From contig NIVC01002154.1 in the NCBI GenBank assembly GCA_002269645.1, forward strand, positions 62,001 to 126,000: a stretch of 64,000 bases of DNA, given 5' to 3'. A model generated the notes under the pieces. That model searched no databases and was not told the DNA's origin. It worked only from the letters and a program-made list of their open reading frames with translations. Position numbers and translations under genes: made by a program. The DNA is from Macrostomum lignano. Its lineage: Eukaryota. This document shows, in pieces, positions 40,494-52,879 of the stretch; the stretch's first letter is position 1, and every line of letters starts with the position of its first letter.

Positions 40494-43400
40494 ATGCTGC
40501 CGCCTCCTTCTTTGTTTCCGTTGATGTCGGAGTCTGCGGCCGCTGCCGCTTTTCTGTCTTCCCAGCGGCAGCGGCAGCAGAGGTTCCTGCCGCACTGCCA
40601 TCCCGTCAGGCAGCTGCTGGCCGCCGGTCTCCATGGCTGCCCGCCCGCCGGCCTCCCGCCGTTCTTGAGTCCATCGGCGGCCGCGGCCGCTGCGGCGAAT
40701 CTGCTGTCCTCAGCGTCGCCGCTGGCCCGGCTGCAGGGCCACTGCTTCCTGGCTGCCGTGAGTTCGCTGAAGGGCCGGCCTCTCCCCACAGATCGGAGGG
40801 AAGAGGCGAAGAGATGGAGATTAGAGAGAGAGATGGTTTCTCACGGACGAGGAAGCACGAATACTAGTACGAGTAGATCGCAACTTGCATAGCAGATTAT
40901 TTACGAGCCGTAGCATGCAAGTTTAAGTACATCATAGGAACAGGTCCATGCAGATAAGAGTCAGGTAGATCACAGAGTCAGGCAGATCACAGAGTAGGTA
41001 AATCACAGAGTAGGTAGATCACAGAGTCGGGTAGATCACAGAGTCAGGCAGATCACAGGATTCAGGCAGATCACAGAGTCAGGTAGATCACAGAGTCGGG
41101 TAGATCACAGAGTCGGGTAGGTCACAAAGTCAGGCAGATCACAGAGTCAGGCAGATCACAGAGTCAGGCAGATCACAGAGTCAGGCAGATCACAGAGTCA
41201 GGCAGATCACAGAGTCGGGCAGATCACAGAGTCGGGCAGATCACAGAGTCAGGCAGATCACAGAGTCAGGCAGATCACAGAGTCAGGCAGATCACAGAGT
41301 CGGTTAGATCACAGGATAAATCAAAGAGTCTTTGAGATCACAGGTTTAAATAACGAATGAGTGATGGAGATGTGATAAAATTACAGAATTAAATCAAATT
41401 TGATTGTTAAATTTTCAATTCTGTTCATCTTCAATCGAATTCGGAATTGGACGCGGTGATGCGGTAAAAAACCGCCCTGTTCTGACATTGTGACAGCAGT
41501 TCCTTTCACTTTTCAGATGGGAGCCCAGTCTCCTCAACCGCTGGACTCCGTGGCCTACGGCGGCGCTCAGCATCATCAAGCGGCTGCTGCGGCCTCGTCT
41601 TCGGGGTCGGCCGGCGGCTCCCAGCAGCAGCAGCAGAGCCTGGCTTCCCAGCAGCGCGGCAGCCGACAGTCGCGCAGGTTCGGCGAGAACATCGTCATCC
41701 TGCTGTGCATGAACCGCGTGCGCCGCATGGGCGGCCGCTGGTACCGGGCGGTGTCGCACATCCGCACAGGCAAGAAGAAGAAGGAGAAGAAGCGAATCTT
41801 CAAGCCGTCCGACTATGCCAGGCTCAGGGAGGCCTCTGATGCCGCCATGGTGAGGGCTTGCCTTTGTTTTAGCTAATTCGGTTCCTTGAAGGTCAGATGA
41901 ACCCCTCCATGCTTAAATATTCGGAGATGACCCCCTCCATGCTTAAATATTCGGAGATGACCCCTCCATGCTTAAATATTCGGAGATGACCCCTCCATGC
42001 TTAAAGCTTCAGAGATGACTCCCTCGATGCTCAAATCTGCAGAAATTACCCCCCTCCATGTTCAAAGCCGCAGCAATGACCCCCCCTCCCCCTCCATGCT
42101 CAAATCTGCAGCAATGACCCCCCTCCATGCTCAAATCTGCAGTAATGACCCTCCTCGATGCTCAAATTTGCAGCAGTGACCCCCCTCGATGCTCAAATCT
42201 GCAGCAATGACCCCCTTTGATGCTCAAATCTGCAGCAGTGACCCCCTTCCATGCTCAAATCTGCAGCAATGACCCCCCTCCATGCTCAAATCTGCAGCAG
42301 TGACCCCCCTTCCATGCTCAAATCTGCAGCAATGACCCCCCTCCATGCTCAAATCTGCAGCAGTGACCCCCCTCCATGCTCAAATCTGCAGCAATGACCC
42401 CCCTCCATGCTCAAAGCCGCAGCAATGACCCCCTCCATGCTCAAAGCCGCAGCAATGACCCCCTCCCCCTCGATGCTCAAATTTGCAGCAAAGACCCCCC
42501 TCCATGCTCAAATCTGCAGCAGTGACCCCCTTCCATGCTCAAATCTGCAGCAATGACCCCCCTCCATGCTCAAAGCCGCAGCAATGACCCCCTCCCCCTC
42601 GATGCTCAAATTTGCAGCAATGACCCCCCTCCATGCTCAAATCTGCAGCAGTGACCCCCTTCCATGCTCAAATCTGCAGCAATGACCCCCCTCCATGCTC
42701 AAATCTGCAGCAGTGACCCCCTTCCATGCTCAAATCTGCAGCAATGACCCCCCTCCATGCTCAAAGCCGCAGCAATGACCCCCCTCCATGCTCAAAGCCG
42801 CAGCAATGACCCCCCTCCATGCTCAAAGCTGCAGCAATGACCCCCCTCCATGCTCAAATCTGCAGCAATGACCCCCCTCCATGCTCAAATCTGCAGCAAT
42901 GACCCCCCTCCATGCTCAAATCTGCAGCAGTGACCCCCTCCATGCTCAAATCGCCCCATAAATGCCTTGAACGCCTGCACGTTTAGCTGAAATTTCTTGG
43001 AAAACTTTCGCTAAACTGCCGCGCAAAAATTCAAGCGAATGAGACAGGGGTGGGGGCTTCTTGGCATCCCCGATCTGCAGGGGGAGAAGAGATCCCCATC
43101 GAAAATTCCGATGGCTGCAGCTAATGGGGGCGCCGCGCCCGCTGGCAGAGCCGGTCGGAGTCGCATAATTGATCAGCTGGCGATGCGGCAGCCCCCGCCC
43201 AGCAGCGCCAGCAAATTTATGACCGCAGATGTTTAGGAAGTCTGGACTGCCCTCCCACTCTGTCAATTCTTATAAGAATCCCTTGTTGCCTTCCCGACCC
43301 CCCCCGCCCCTAACTAACATATCCGGGCATTTACGTTTTTTCAAACACGGGGCCGGTGACATTTCTGTCCTACCAAAGCCGCCAGCTCGGCTGCTGCTTC

Positions 43401-46400
43401 TGAAGCAGACAACCCGCGGGCTCGCTGTGATTTATTCGGCCATTTACTGCCTCTATCTTATGCCTGAATTATTAGGGCAGGGTGGTTTCAGCAGCCGCCT
43501 CATCCTGTTCAGGGATTCTTCTGCAGCTAACTGATCTATCCCCAGAAATCAGGCGGACTTATTACTATTTAGTGACACTTCTTTTCGCGAAAGATGCCGC
43601 ACAGCAAATAATTATTTACCGATATTATCGATACACCGTGTAAGAGGGGTCGGTCTCAGTTCCGGATCCTTAGGCTGGTCAGTCGTCGGATGTCAGATTC
43701 AAATCAGTCAAATTTAACCACTTGCACTCCTGACAATGACAAGTTTAGAGCCACTGTGCCTAAGTCTGTTGTCTCTGCTGTCTGTGTCTGTGCCTGTTGT
43801 CTGTGTCGGTGCCTATTGTCTGTGCCTATTGTCTATGCCTATTGTCTGTGCCTGTTGTCTGTGTCGGTGCCTGTTGTCTGTGCCTATTGTCTATGCCTAT
43901 TGTCTGTGCCTGTTGTCTGTGTCTGTGCCTGTTTTCTGTGTCAGTGCCTGTTGTCTGTGTCTGTGCCTGTTGTCTGTGCCTATTGTCTATGCCTATTGTC
44001 TGTGCCTGTTGTCTGTGTCGGTGCCTGTTGTCTGTGCCTATTGTCTATGCCTATTGTCTGTGCCTGTTGTCTGTGTCTGTGCCTGTTTTCTGTGTCAGTG
44101 CCTGTTGTCTGTGCTTGTTGTCTGTGTCAGTGCCTGTTGTCTGTGTCAGTGCCTGTTGTCTGTGTCTGTGCCTGTTTTCTGTGTCTGTGCCTGTTGTCTG
44201 TGTCTGTGCCTGTTGTCTGTGCCTATTGTCTATGCCTATTGTCTGTGCCTGTTGTCTGTGTCGGTGCCTGTTGTCTGTGCCTATTGTCTATGCCTATTGT
44301 CTGTGCCTGTTGTCTGTGTCTGTGCCTGTTTTCTGTGTCAGTGCCTGTTGTCTGTGCTTGTTGTCTGTGTCAGTGCCTGTTGTCTGTGTCAGTGCCTGTT
44401 GTCTGTGTCTGTGCCTGTTTTCTGTGTCTGTGCCTGTTGTCTGTGTCTGTGCCTGTTGTCTGTGCCTATTGTCTATGCCTGTTGTCTGTGCCTGTTGTCT
44501 GTGCCTGTGCCTGTTTTCTGTGTCTGTGCCTGTTTTCTGTAACTGTGCCTGTTGTCTGTGCCTGTGCCTGTTGTATGTGTCTGTGCCTGTTGTCTGGTGT
44601 CTGTGCCTGTTGTCTGTGTCTGTGCCTGTTGCTTGTGACTGTTGTCTGTGTCTGTGTCTGTTGTCTGTGTCTGTGCCTGTTTTCTTTGTCTGTGCCTGTT
44701 GTCTGTGCCTGTGACTGTTGTCTGTGCCTGTGACTGTTGTCTGTGTCTGTGCCTGTTGTTGGTGTCTGTGCCTAAGCTTGTGCACTTCCAAGGCGACGGC
44801 GGAGCGGGCCGCATTATTGCGTGACGGTGTCGCAAACTCAGGCCCAAACCCGATTTTCTGCTTCCTAGGTGATGTCGGACACGGAGCTGGCCGACATCGT
44901 GGCCAGCCTCTTGAAGAAGATATTCAAAGAGATCCAGGAGGAGCACCGCGAGGCCTTCGTCCGCGTCTGGCTGGACAGCGGCGACGACTCCCGCTGCGTG
45001 CTGACGCTGCCGGACGGCAAAGGCAAGATGAAGCGAATCGATGGCCTGCGCGGCTCCGACAAGGTGTGGCGCCTGGACACCCTGGTGGCGATCCTGTTCC
45101 ACGGCGTGCCCATGGACAGCACGGACACCGGACTGCTGGTGCACCGCTGCGAGGACGAGCTGTGCATCAACCCGAGGCACTTCAAGTTCCAGTGCAGCCC
45201 GGCTATGATGGCCGTCACCATGGAGATGCTGCGGCTCAGCGGCTACCGGATCTCGCCGCCGGAGCCGGGGGTCGGCACCGCGGAGGAGCAGCTGCGGTTC
45301 TTCCAGTTCACCTCGCCCTTCCCAGTAGAGTTCATTCGCAACGAGATGAACGGTGAGAGGCCGGTGGGTGGCGCGCGGGTTAAACGGGTTCAGTCCGGTG
45401 CTAAACCGAAAGGTCAGAGGTTCGAATCTCGTTGCATTACCCAGAAGTCTGTTGGCCTTCAAGAACAAGTTTAAAAGCGAATCGAACCCAAACCTCTATC
45501 CCAGGATTCCCAGGAGCACCTTCTTTCTGTTCATACCTCTGTCTTATAAAATTACTTAAATAAGCAAAATGCTCATGTTTGCCTGAAGTGTTCCTTGCCA
45601 GTGAATCGGCACTGGTATCAAGTTTTTGTGCAGCATTTTAACAATCTTACCTGACACATTTGCGTTTTTTCACCTCTGGAATCGAGTCAAAGGCACGCGG
45701 CCGATTGCTGAGGTAAGTGCGCCGAAACCCAAACCCAGTGTTGAGTCAAGCTCAACCTACGAGTAATCCCATGCATTACGTACTCAAGCTTAATCCCCCA
45801 CTGCTCAGTATAAGCTTCAGCTTGGGTTTATTGTTAGAAGCCGAAAAATTTTCTACATGATTTGGTGATAAACTAGCTAATGATCTTTTAGCTGCGATAA
45901 ATTGTCAGAAAATTTTGCATTATTTAGGGCAGCTCAGGAGAGGGGAAATGAGTGGGGAGGAGAGCTCAGGTGGGTGGAAATGAGTGGGGAGGAGAGCTCA
46001 GGTGGGTGGAAATGAGTGGGGAGGAGAGCTCAGGTGAGGGGAAATGAGTGGGGAGGAGAGCTCAGGTGAGGGGAAATGAGTGGGGAGGAGAGCTCAGGTG
46101 AGGGGAAATGAGTGGGGAGGAGAGCTCAGGTGAGGGGAAATGAGTGGGGAGGAGAGCTCAGGTGAGGGGAAATGGGTGGGGAGGAGAGCTCAGGTGAGGG
46201 GAAATGAGTGGGGAGGAGAGCTCAGGTGAGGGGAAATGGGTGGGGAGGAGAGCTCAGGTGGGGGGAAATGGGTGGGGAGGAGAGCTCAGGTGAGGGGAAA
46301 TGGGTGGGGAGGAGAGCTCAGGTGAGAGGAGTGGGGAGGAGAGCTCAGGTGAGGGGAGTGGGGAGGAGAGCTCAGGTGAGGGGAGTGGGGAGGAGAGCTC

Positions 46401-49400
46401 AGGTGAGGGGAGTGGGGAGGAGAGCTCAGGTGAGGGGAGTGGGGAGGAGAGCTCAGGTGAGGGGAGTGGGGAGGAGAGCTCAGGTGAGGGGAGTGGGGAG
46501 GAGAGCTCAGGTGAGGGGAGTGGGGAGGAGAGCTCAGGTGAGGGGAGTGGGGAGGAGAGCTCAGGTGAGGGGAGTGGGGAGGAGAGCTCAGGTGAGGGGA
46601 GTGGGGAGGAGAGCTCAGGTGAGGGGAGTGGGGAGGAGAGCTCAGGTGAGAGGAGTGGGGAGGAGAGCTCAGGTGAGGGGAGTGGGGAGGAGAGCTCAGG
46701 TGAGGGGAAATGGGTGGGGAGGAGAGCTCAGGTGAGAGGAGTGGGGAGGAGAGCTCAGGTGAGGGGAGTGGGGAGGAGAGCTCAGGTGAGGGGAGTGGGG
46801 AGGAGAGCTCAGGTGAGGGGAGTGGGGAGGAGAGCTCAGGTGAGGGGAGTGGGGAGGAGAGCTCAGGTGAGGGGAGTGGGGAGGAGAGCTCAGGTGAGGG
46901 GAGTGGGGAGGAGAGCTCAGGTGAGGGGAGTGGGGAGGAGAGCTCAGGTGAGGGGAGTGGGGAGGAGAGCTCAGGTGAGAGGAGTGGGGAGGAGAGCTTA
47001 GATGTGTAAACTTGGAAGCTCAGGAGCAAAGCGAATGGGATTTATATACAAGGGTAACGAGAGAGTGGACAAGTATCAAGCATGAATCAGCTGACAGTCG
47101 AGCTGTTAAAAGATCAACAAACAAAACGCGTTTACAGGCTTTCAATTAGTCTTTGTTGCTCTGCATGCGATCCCCGCCACTCCGAGACCGCAGCAATCTA
47201 TTTAAATACTCGCAGTTGGGGCGCAATAAATCTTGGTCTCAGAGCCCCCTGCTACAAAGACTGCAACGCTTAATAGGCAGGAGAAAATTACCCAACTACC
47301 TGGTGACGCTGCCCCCGCCCCCATACCGGGTTGCCGCCGCCTAATCTGTGAGGATTGTAAATTAGTGGGATTTGAAGGGGAAGCAAAGGAGGGGAAAAAT
47401 TGACACCGAGGAATTTTGACAATCGACAATTCGGAATGCCGTCTGCGGTCACCGCAGTGTCTGCGGACCGCGAGTCTTTGTTTTGTTACGGAATTCTATT
47501 AACGATGCTTCCGTGACAGCAATAGTTTTGACTGCATTTTGAAGAAACACTTCAGCATCTTGGTGTGGCGATCTGTGAGGCAGGAGTTATGGCCCCGCTC
47601 GGGACCAGCTGCTATGGGAACCCGACCTTACCTGGGGCTGGCGAAATCCTTAACTTGACGGATGGCCCGAGACTGGACAGCAGTCTGAATTCCCAGCTGC
47701 TTTGTAGGGTTCTCTTCCCAACTGGTTTTCAGGAATAATTAACAGGACTTTCCAGTCTGCTCTTCTATGCGGTCCTTTGTCGTTCATTTTGAAGTTGCAT
47801 CAGCGGTGGTTGCGTTGATGTCACCGAGTGGTTGCCCACAACTCTCTGGCGAATATTTATATTCATAAGTAGTTTTCCAATTAATGGGGCTCAACTTTGC
47901 CGATTTCACCCCGTGAAGTTTGGCAGCACCAAACTCAAACGAGGAACTCAGCGCGTGTGAGAAAAACAGTCCAGGTTCAGTGAACAAGTCTGTTGCATGA
48001 ACACTCGTTCACTCCGAAGCTATAGGCCTCGATAATTTCATAACCCAAGAGGCCCACCCAAAGTGCATGCAGGGCCGATTACTTTTCTTAGAAAGCGACC
48101 ACCATTTACGACTTGAGTATTTAACAAGCTCTTTTTCTCGATATCCATAGCTTGTCCCAAACGTACTTTTAAGCAAACCCAGACCTTTCACATACGTCTT
48201 CAAAAGTGAGATTCGAACTCACGCCAGTCCAAGACCAGTTTCTGAGTTCTCAGTCAGCGGATATTAAACCGCAGCCTTTTAGCAGCCATTTTGCATCTAC
48301 ACTATTAAAGTTGCATCACATGCTTGTCTTGCTACTTTGAATAGTAGGCAAAAATCTCTGATACAATCTACGAGTAGCTATTATCCTCAGCTTTTGAAAA
48401 AGAGTTATGAAATTATTTTGTTCTAAGCGTCCTGTACTTAAGAAAAAGCGTTAACTTTTAACTCATTAAAACAGTTTGTTTTTCCTACCTGCCATCCCGA
48501 ACAACTGTAGAAGCTTGTAGGCAGTACCTGAAGAGTCATATTTAAAAAAAATCTGACTGAACATGTCGGGCTTCTGAAAAAATCCACATTTTCCACGACG
48601 CCGTCACAACCTTCAATGCGAAACCCGCAGCCTCGATGTCCGTGCCACCGCCGCTGCTCGACCGCTACCAGCTGTCGCCGGAGGACGCCGCCTTCGTGCG
48701 CGACAGCTACCCGGCCGTGTGGGCCGCCTACCAGGACTCCCTGGCTACCGGCCGGCGCCAGCTCGACCATCGGCGCGGCGGAGGTGGACCGGCGGCCAAG
48801 CGCCGTTGTGTCCGCGGCGGCGGCGGTGGCAGACGACGCGCCCACAAGAGGACTCGCATTGACGACACCGAGGAGGAGGAGGAGGCAGACGATGGGCCGG
48901 AGGACAGCGATGATAGCGATGATGGCGGCGAACCTGCCGGAGATGAGACGGACAACGAGGAGGCTGATCGACCGCCAGCCAGGAAGCGGCGAGGCGCTGA
49001 AGCTGCTGCCGTGTTCAGTGAGTGCGATTAGAGACGATTGCTGAAACAAAAGATCAATTATTAGTTTACTTCAGTGATCATTCACTCCGTCGAGTGATGG
49101 GAACTTTTCTAAATCAACTTTTTATTTAGAAAGTCATCAAATCACCAACCAACCAGTCAGTAAGCAAATAAATTTGCCTGTTAATCGATCAAATTCCGTT
49201 GCAGAGCACGCCAAAAGCGGCCATTCAATTGCCGACACCAGCGGGTCGACGTCTGCCGCTGCCGACGATGTTGACGTTGACGTCGACGAAGAAGACGCTG
49301 GCGCAGACGCCGCCGCTCAGCAGCAGCAGCGCCGTCGGCTGCGCCTGCTGCGCCAGCAGAACAGCCAGACGGAGGCGGAGGTGGCGGAGATCACCGGCCT

Positions 49401-50755
49401 GCCAGCCGGCGACGCCGCCAAGGAGCCGCTGTCAGCCGCGGCGGCTTCGCTGCACTCGCTGCGCGGCTCGCCCTACTGCAGAAGCGTGAGTGCTCGCCGC
49501 CTGCTGACGGCAAATAGAATTCACAGCGTGTATGCATTGCATCATCTTAAACAGGCATTCGCACTCTTTTTTCTATAGCTTTTTCATGAAAATAAGCATA
49601 AAATTCGTTTTAAACAAAAAATTTGTTCGTTTTTGTAACGTGAAATTTCAATCGATTTTCGATGAAACGCCCTGCTCGAGGATCATTGACGGACAAAACG
49701 TTAGGCGTTAGCAAAAATCAGTTTTTTTTTCAAATCATGGAAGCCACTCATTGAAATTAATCAAATCATTTACTACTCTAAGTAGAGTTACCGGGTCATT
49801 AACTTGTTCTTTTATTCCATCCTTTTCTCAGCCGATGACCTCGGAGTTGAACTTCACGGCCTTTCCGTTTGCCGGAGCCTCTTCAGTAGTTTCCGCTTCC
49901 GCATCGGCTTCCGCCGCTGCTGTCTCGTCCGTGTCCTCCATTCACGGCGGCGGGAACAGCGGAGGCGGCGAAGGCGGCGGCAGCCGACGATCCAGCGATT
50001 CGCCGGTCTGCGGCGGCGCCTCGACCTCCTCGGGCGGGGCCTCCTCGACCACAGCGAATGTCGATGCGCTCCCAGCGCCGCCCCCGAGCTCCGCCGTTGT
50101 GATCGTCACCCCTACCGCCGAGCTGGAAGTCGCAGCTGGCAGCCAAACTGCGGGAACTACGGCAGCCAAAGCCAGCGCCGCCACCGCCGCCGCCGCAGCC
50201 GCCGCCGCAGCTGCAGCCGCGATGCCCGCTCCGCAGCTGCGTCATCTGCCTCGGCCTCGGCCGCTTGTGCCCGGCCGGGACGGCACACTGAAGGAGCGGG
50301 ACGAGGGGCAGCAGCTTCATCACCAGCATCACCAGCAGCAGCAGCAACAGCAGCAGCAGCAGAGTCAGCGCCAGCATCAGCACCAAATGCACCACAGCCG
50401 GTCCTCAGCCGCCGACCTGTTCCGCCCAATCCTGTCCTCGCCAATAGACTTTTGCCGCAACGACACGCCGAACGCGATCAAGATGATTCTGGAGCTGCAG
50501 CGGGACTCCAGCCCGGCAGGCGCCAAGCTGTCCCGCGCGGCCGGCATCGACCACTTTGAACACATCTTTCGCGCTACTCCGGGCGCCACGCCGACCTGGC
50601 CAGGCGCCAGTCCGGTTGGCGCCAGTCCGGTGCGCTTTCTTGCTGCTGCGGCTGCTGCGGCTGCTGCTGCCGCCGCCGCCGCTGCTGCCACAAGCAAGGC
50701 TCCGCCTGCGGCTGCCACCGCTGCCGTAGCCGGAAGTCCTGGAGCTGGTCACTAA
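40494..50755 (+). CDS. NFI: Divergent Nuclear Factor I (CTF/NFI)-like transcription factor, about 890 aa, 6 exons
   Basis: Exons 40494(ATG)-40757, 41517-41849, 44869-45352, 48631-49017, 49205-49485, 49832-50755, with GT-AG junctions and phases 0,0,1,1,0. The third exon encodes CVLTLPDGKGKMKRIDGLRGSDKVWRLDTLVAILFHGVPMDSTD...C...LCINPRH, matching the NFI signature [44 protein letters not shown]...C...LCVQPHH. The C-terminus is acidic and Ala/Gln/Pro-rich with basic NLS-like patches. The first exon and start codon are the least certain parts. Confidence 0.85.
40960..41315. repeat. 17-bp minisatellite (GAGTCAGGCAGATCACA) in NFI-like intron 1
   Basis: Read directly. Confidence 0.95.
41895..42950. 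repeat. About 31-bp minisatellite (CATGCTCAAATCTGCAGCAATGACCCCCCTC) in NFI-like intron 2
   Basis: Read directly. Confidence 0.95.
43760..44772. repeat. TG-rich degenerate repeat (TGTCTGTGCCTGT-like) with longer internal duplications, NFI-like intron 2
   Basis: Read directly. Confidence 0.95.
45368..45430 (+). other. tRNA(Asn)-like relic / probable SINE head in the NFI-like intron
   Basis: GTGGCGC..GGTTA...AACCGAAAGGT..GAGGTTCGAATC resembles eukaryotic tRNA-Asn (GTGGCGCAATCGGTTAG...TTAACCGAAAGGTTGGTGGTTCGAG), with A- and B-box-like motifs. The anticodon arm is disrupted. Confidence 0.45.
45925..46999. repeat. 25-29 bp G-rich minisatellite (GAGCTCAGGTGAGGGGAGTGGGGAG-like) in NFI-like intron 3
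   Basis: Read directly. About 40 units. Confidence 0.97.
48201..48285 (-). pseudogene. Degenerate tRNA(Leu/Ser)-like sequence
   Basis: The - strand has a perfect T arm GTGAG-TTCGAAT-CTCAC preceded by GC and a long variable arm (CTGGTC-TTG-GACTGG). The D, anticodon and acceptor stems pair poorly. Confidence 0.35.
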
Positions 50756-52879
50756 TCTGCTGCTTGGAGCTTTGCTTTATAATATCTAACCTGAAAAGAC
50801 CTGAAGTAGAGGAGAAACCCAAATTATCCGATCCGAAATTCGTTGGCTAAGTCTTGTTTCTTGCTGCTCAGGATACACAGCCTGTCACAATGTATTCTAG
50901 CTACTAGACTGTTATTCGTCTTCGTGGCTTTAATAAGATAAATAATACGACTATTTTGACAAATTTAGTTTTAATTAGAGCTAGTTTATAATTAACCCTT
51001 TTACTGCGCCATGGCATCTTTTCAAAATATGTACACAGAATTATTTGGTACCTTTTTAATGAGTGTGTGCTTCGACAGCTTTGTTAATTTGTTAATGTGT
51101 AAGATGTCTATATAGTGCTAATTCAAATTATTTAATTGGAGCTCTTAATGGCCCATAGTCGCTTTACAACTTAATAAGCGTTTTACTCTGCTACTTCTCA
51201 CTTTACTTAGCTCGCACCGTTCACCCCGAGTCCCCAAACTGTTTGCAGACTAAACAACTTCAACTTGTAGGCCATAAAACTTGAGAGAGTCGGGAGCTGG
51301 CGTAGCGGGTTGGAGTGGGTGTGAAAAAACCAGCCCTTTACAGCTTAGCCAATGAGCGCTCAGCGGAGTGAGGTGGGCGCGTTGGGTGAGGAATAAAAAA
51401 AACAAATAGCACAATCTGGTGTTAAATCTTGTGGTTAATTTATTCTAGCATACGATTTTCGTATAATAATAATGTAAAATATTCTGTCCCTAATTTTTAA
51501 GCCCTTTGCTAATTCGTAATTCTTCTGTAAAGTCCCTTCTGACATCAAATGTTATTTCCGTTATTTTACTACTTATAGTAGCGTTGCAGCTATTTAAGCA
51601 GTAAGTAGTACGAGCTCTGTTTGAAATACGATTAATCTTGTTTTTGCTAGGTTTTTAATACTTTATTGCTGTAATATTTCTAATGACTTATCAGTAAGTT
51701 TCCGAAACGTTTATTAGATTGTTTTTTGTAGGCTGTCGCAATGCTTAAATGGCATTATCATGTTTCGCAGTACATTACACAGCGTAATTAGAATGCTATC
51801 TCTAAATGCATCGTTGTCCCGTATTTAAATAGGTAATGCTTTTGATAAAGTTTGTCTATTGTTTGACATTTTATACTGATCGTTTGAGCGACTTTATTCA
51901 CAACTTTAATCCGATGATGCGAGACTATCGGTGGATAAGTAGTATATTAATGAAAAGTAGTATCAATGAGTATTTGTGTTCCGACAATCTGCTCAGATTT
52001 TTTGAGTTCATTTTTAGGAGTTATTAAATCACAGAGAAAAGGTGTTTTACTTCCCCGACCGCTTTCCCCTTTGCTGGCAGCGCATGCGACACCTGCTACA
52101 GTGAGATGCTGTTTTTACATGCCTATAGTTTTTGCTCTTCTTTTTAATTATTGCTTTGCCAATGCGACATGCGCTTTGAGGGCGAGTGTACACCGACTGG
52201 AGGCTGCAAGGCTTGCAGAAATCCCTCCGCCCTGCATCGCCTGTCCCAGCGGCCGCTTCCCCCGCGTGCAGCTGGCCGCGGGCAACTCATGGCATCCCGA
52301 TGTGGCGTCCGGATCATTCGATGGCATTTTTGCGAGAATTTTCCGCCTCCCCTGATTCCCCTAAGCTGCTTTCTGCGCTGCTTCTCTCGGCACAAGCGTT
52401 GTTGACCCTGTTTTCATGATTTACTCTTCAGAACCTTGTGCTGTACGAACATCATTCGATGTGACTTTTCAGTTTTATGTAGACTGGATTAAGTCAAATA
52501 TGGCTGAAGTCAAGAAGCCGTGTGTACTTCAGTGAGCCTGAGCCCAGAATGTCCCGCAAACGATTCTCGTCTAAATTAATTTTTAACCTGTGTTTTCCCC
52601 TATCTTCCCAATTGGTTTTCCCCTATCTTCCCAATTGCAAGCAGGTCATGATGATCATGTAAAGTAAGTTTTCTGTTGTAAAAAATGGTCATTTTAGTTC
52701 GGTAGTATTTCATTCAAACAAAAACAGAAAAAGCTGCGTCAATTCATTGAGTTATTTAATACGATCGAAGAATGAGCTGTTCGACTCATTTTTTTGTTCC
52801 ATGCAAGCTTGATGGGCTCTTTGAAACCACGGCCGGATGCTGTCTGTGTATAACAGTAGCAATTCGAATTTGAATGCTC

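Noticed and set aside
43690-47029. Cys-rich and Gly/Ser-rich repetitive ORFs
   Set aside because: Translations of TG-rich and G-rich intronic repeats within the NFI-like gene.
47784-48203. Short - strand ORFs in NFI-like intron 3 as possible transposase fragments
   Set aside because: No motif I can recognise. A translated search would be needed.
45368-48285. Functional tRNA genes
   Set aside because: Both tRNA-like segments lack a well-paired cloverleaf, so they are reported only as relics.
50992-51005. TTAACCCTTT resembling a piggyBac end
   Set aside because: No matching opposite end (AAAGGGTTAA) or transposase found nearby.
39700-52000. Autoregulatory NFI sites (TTGGC-N5-GCCAA) around the NFI-like gene
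   Set aside because: Only half-sites seen by eye, with no full palindrome.
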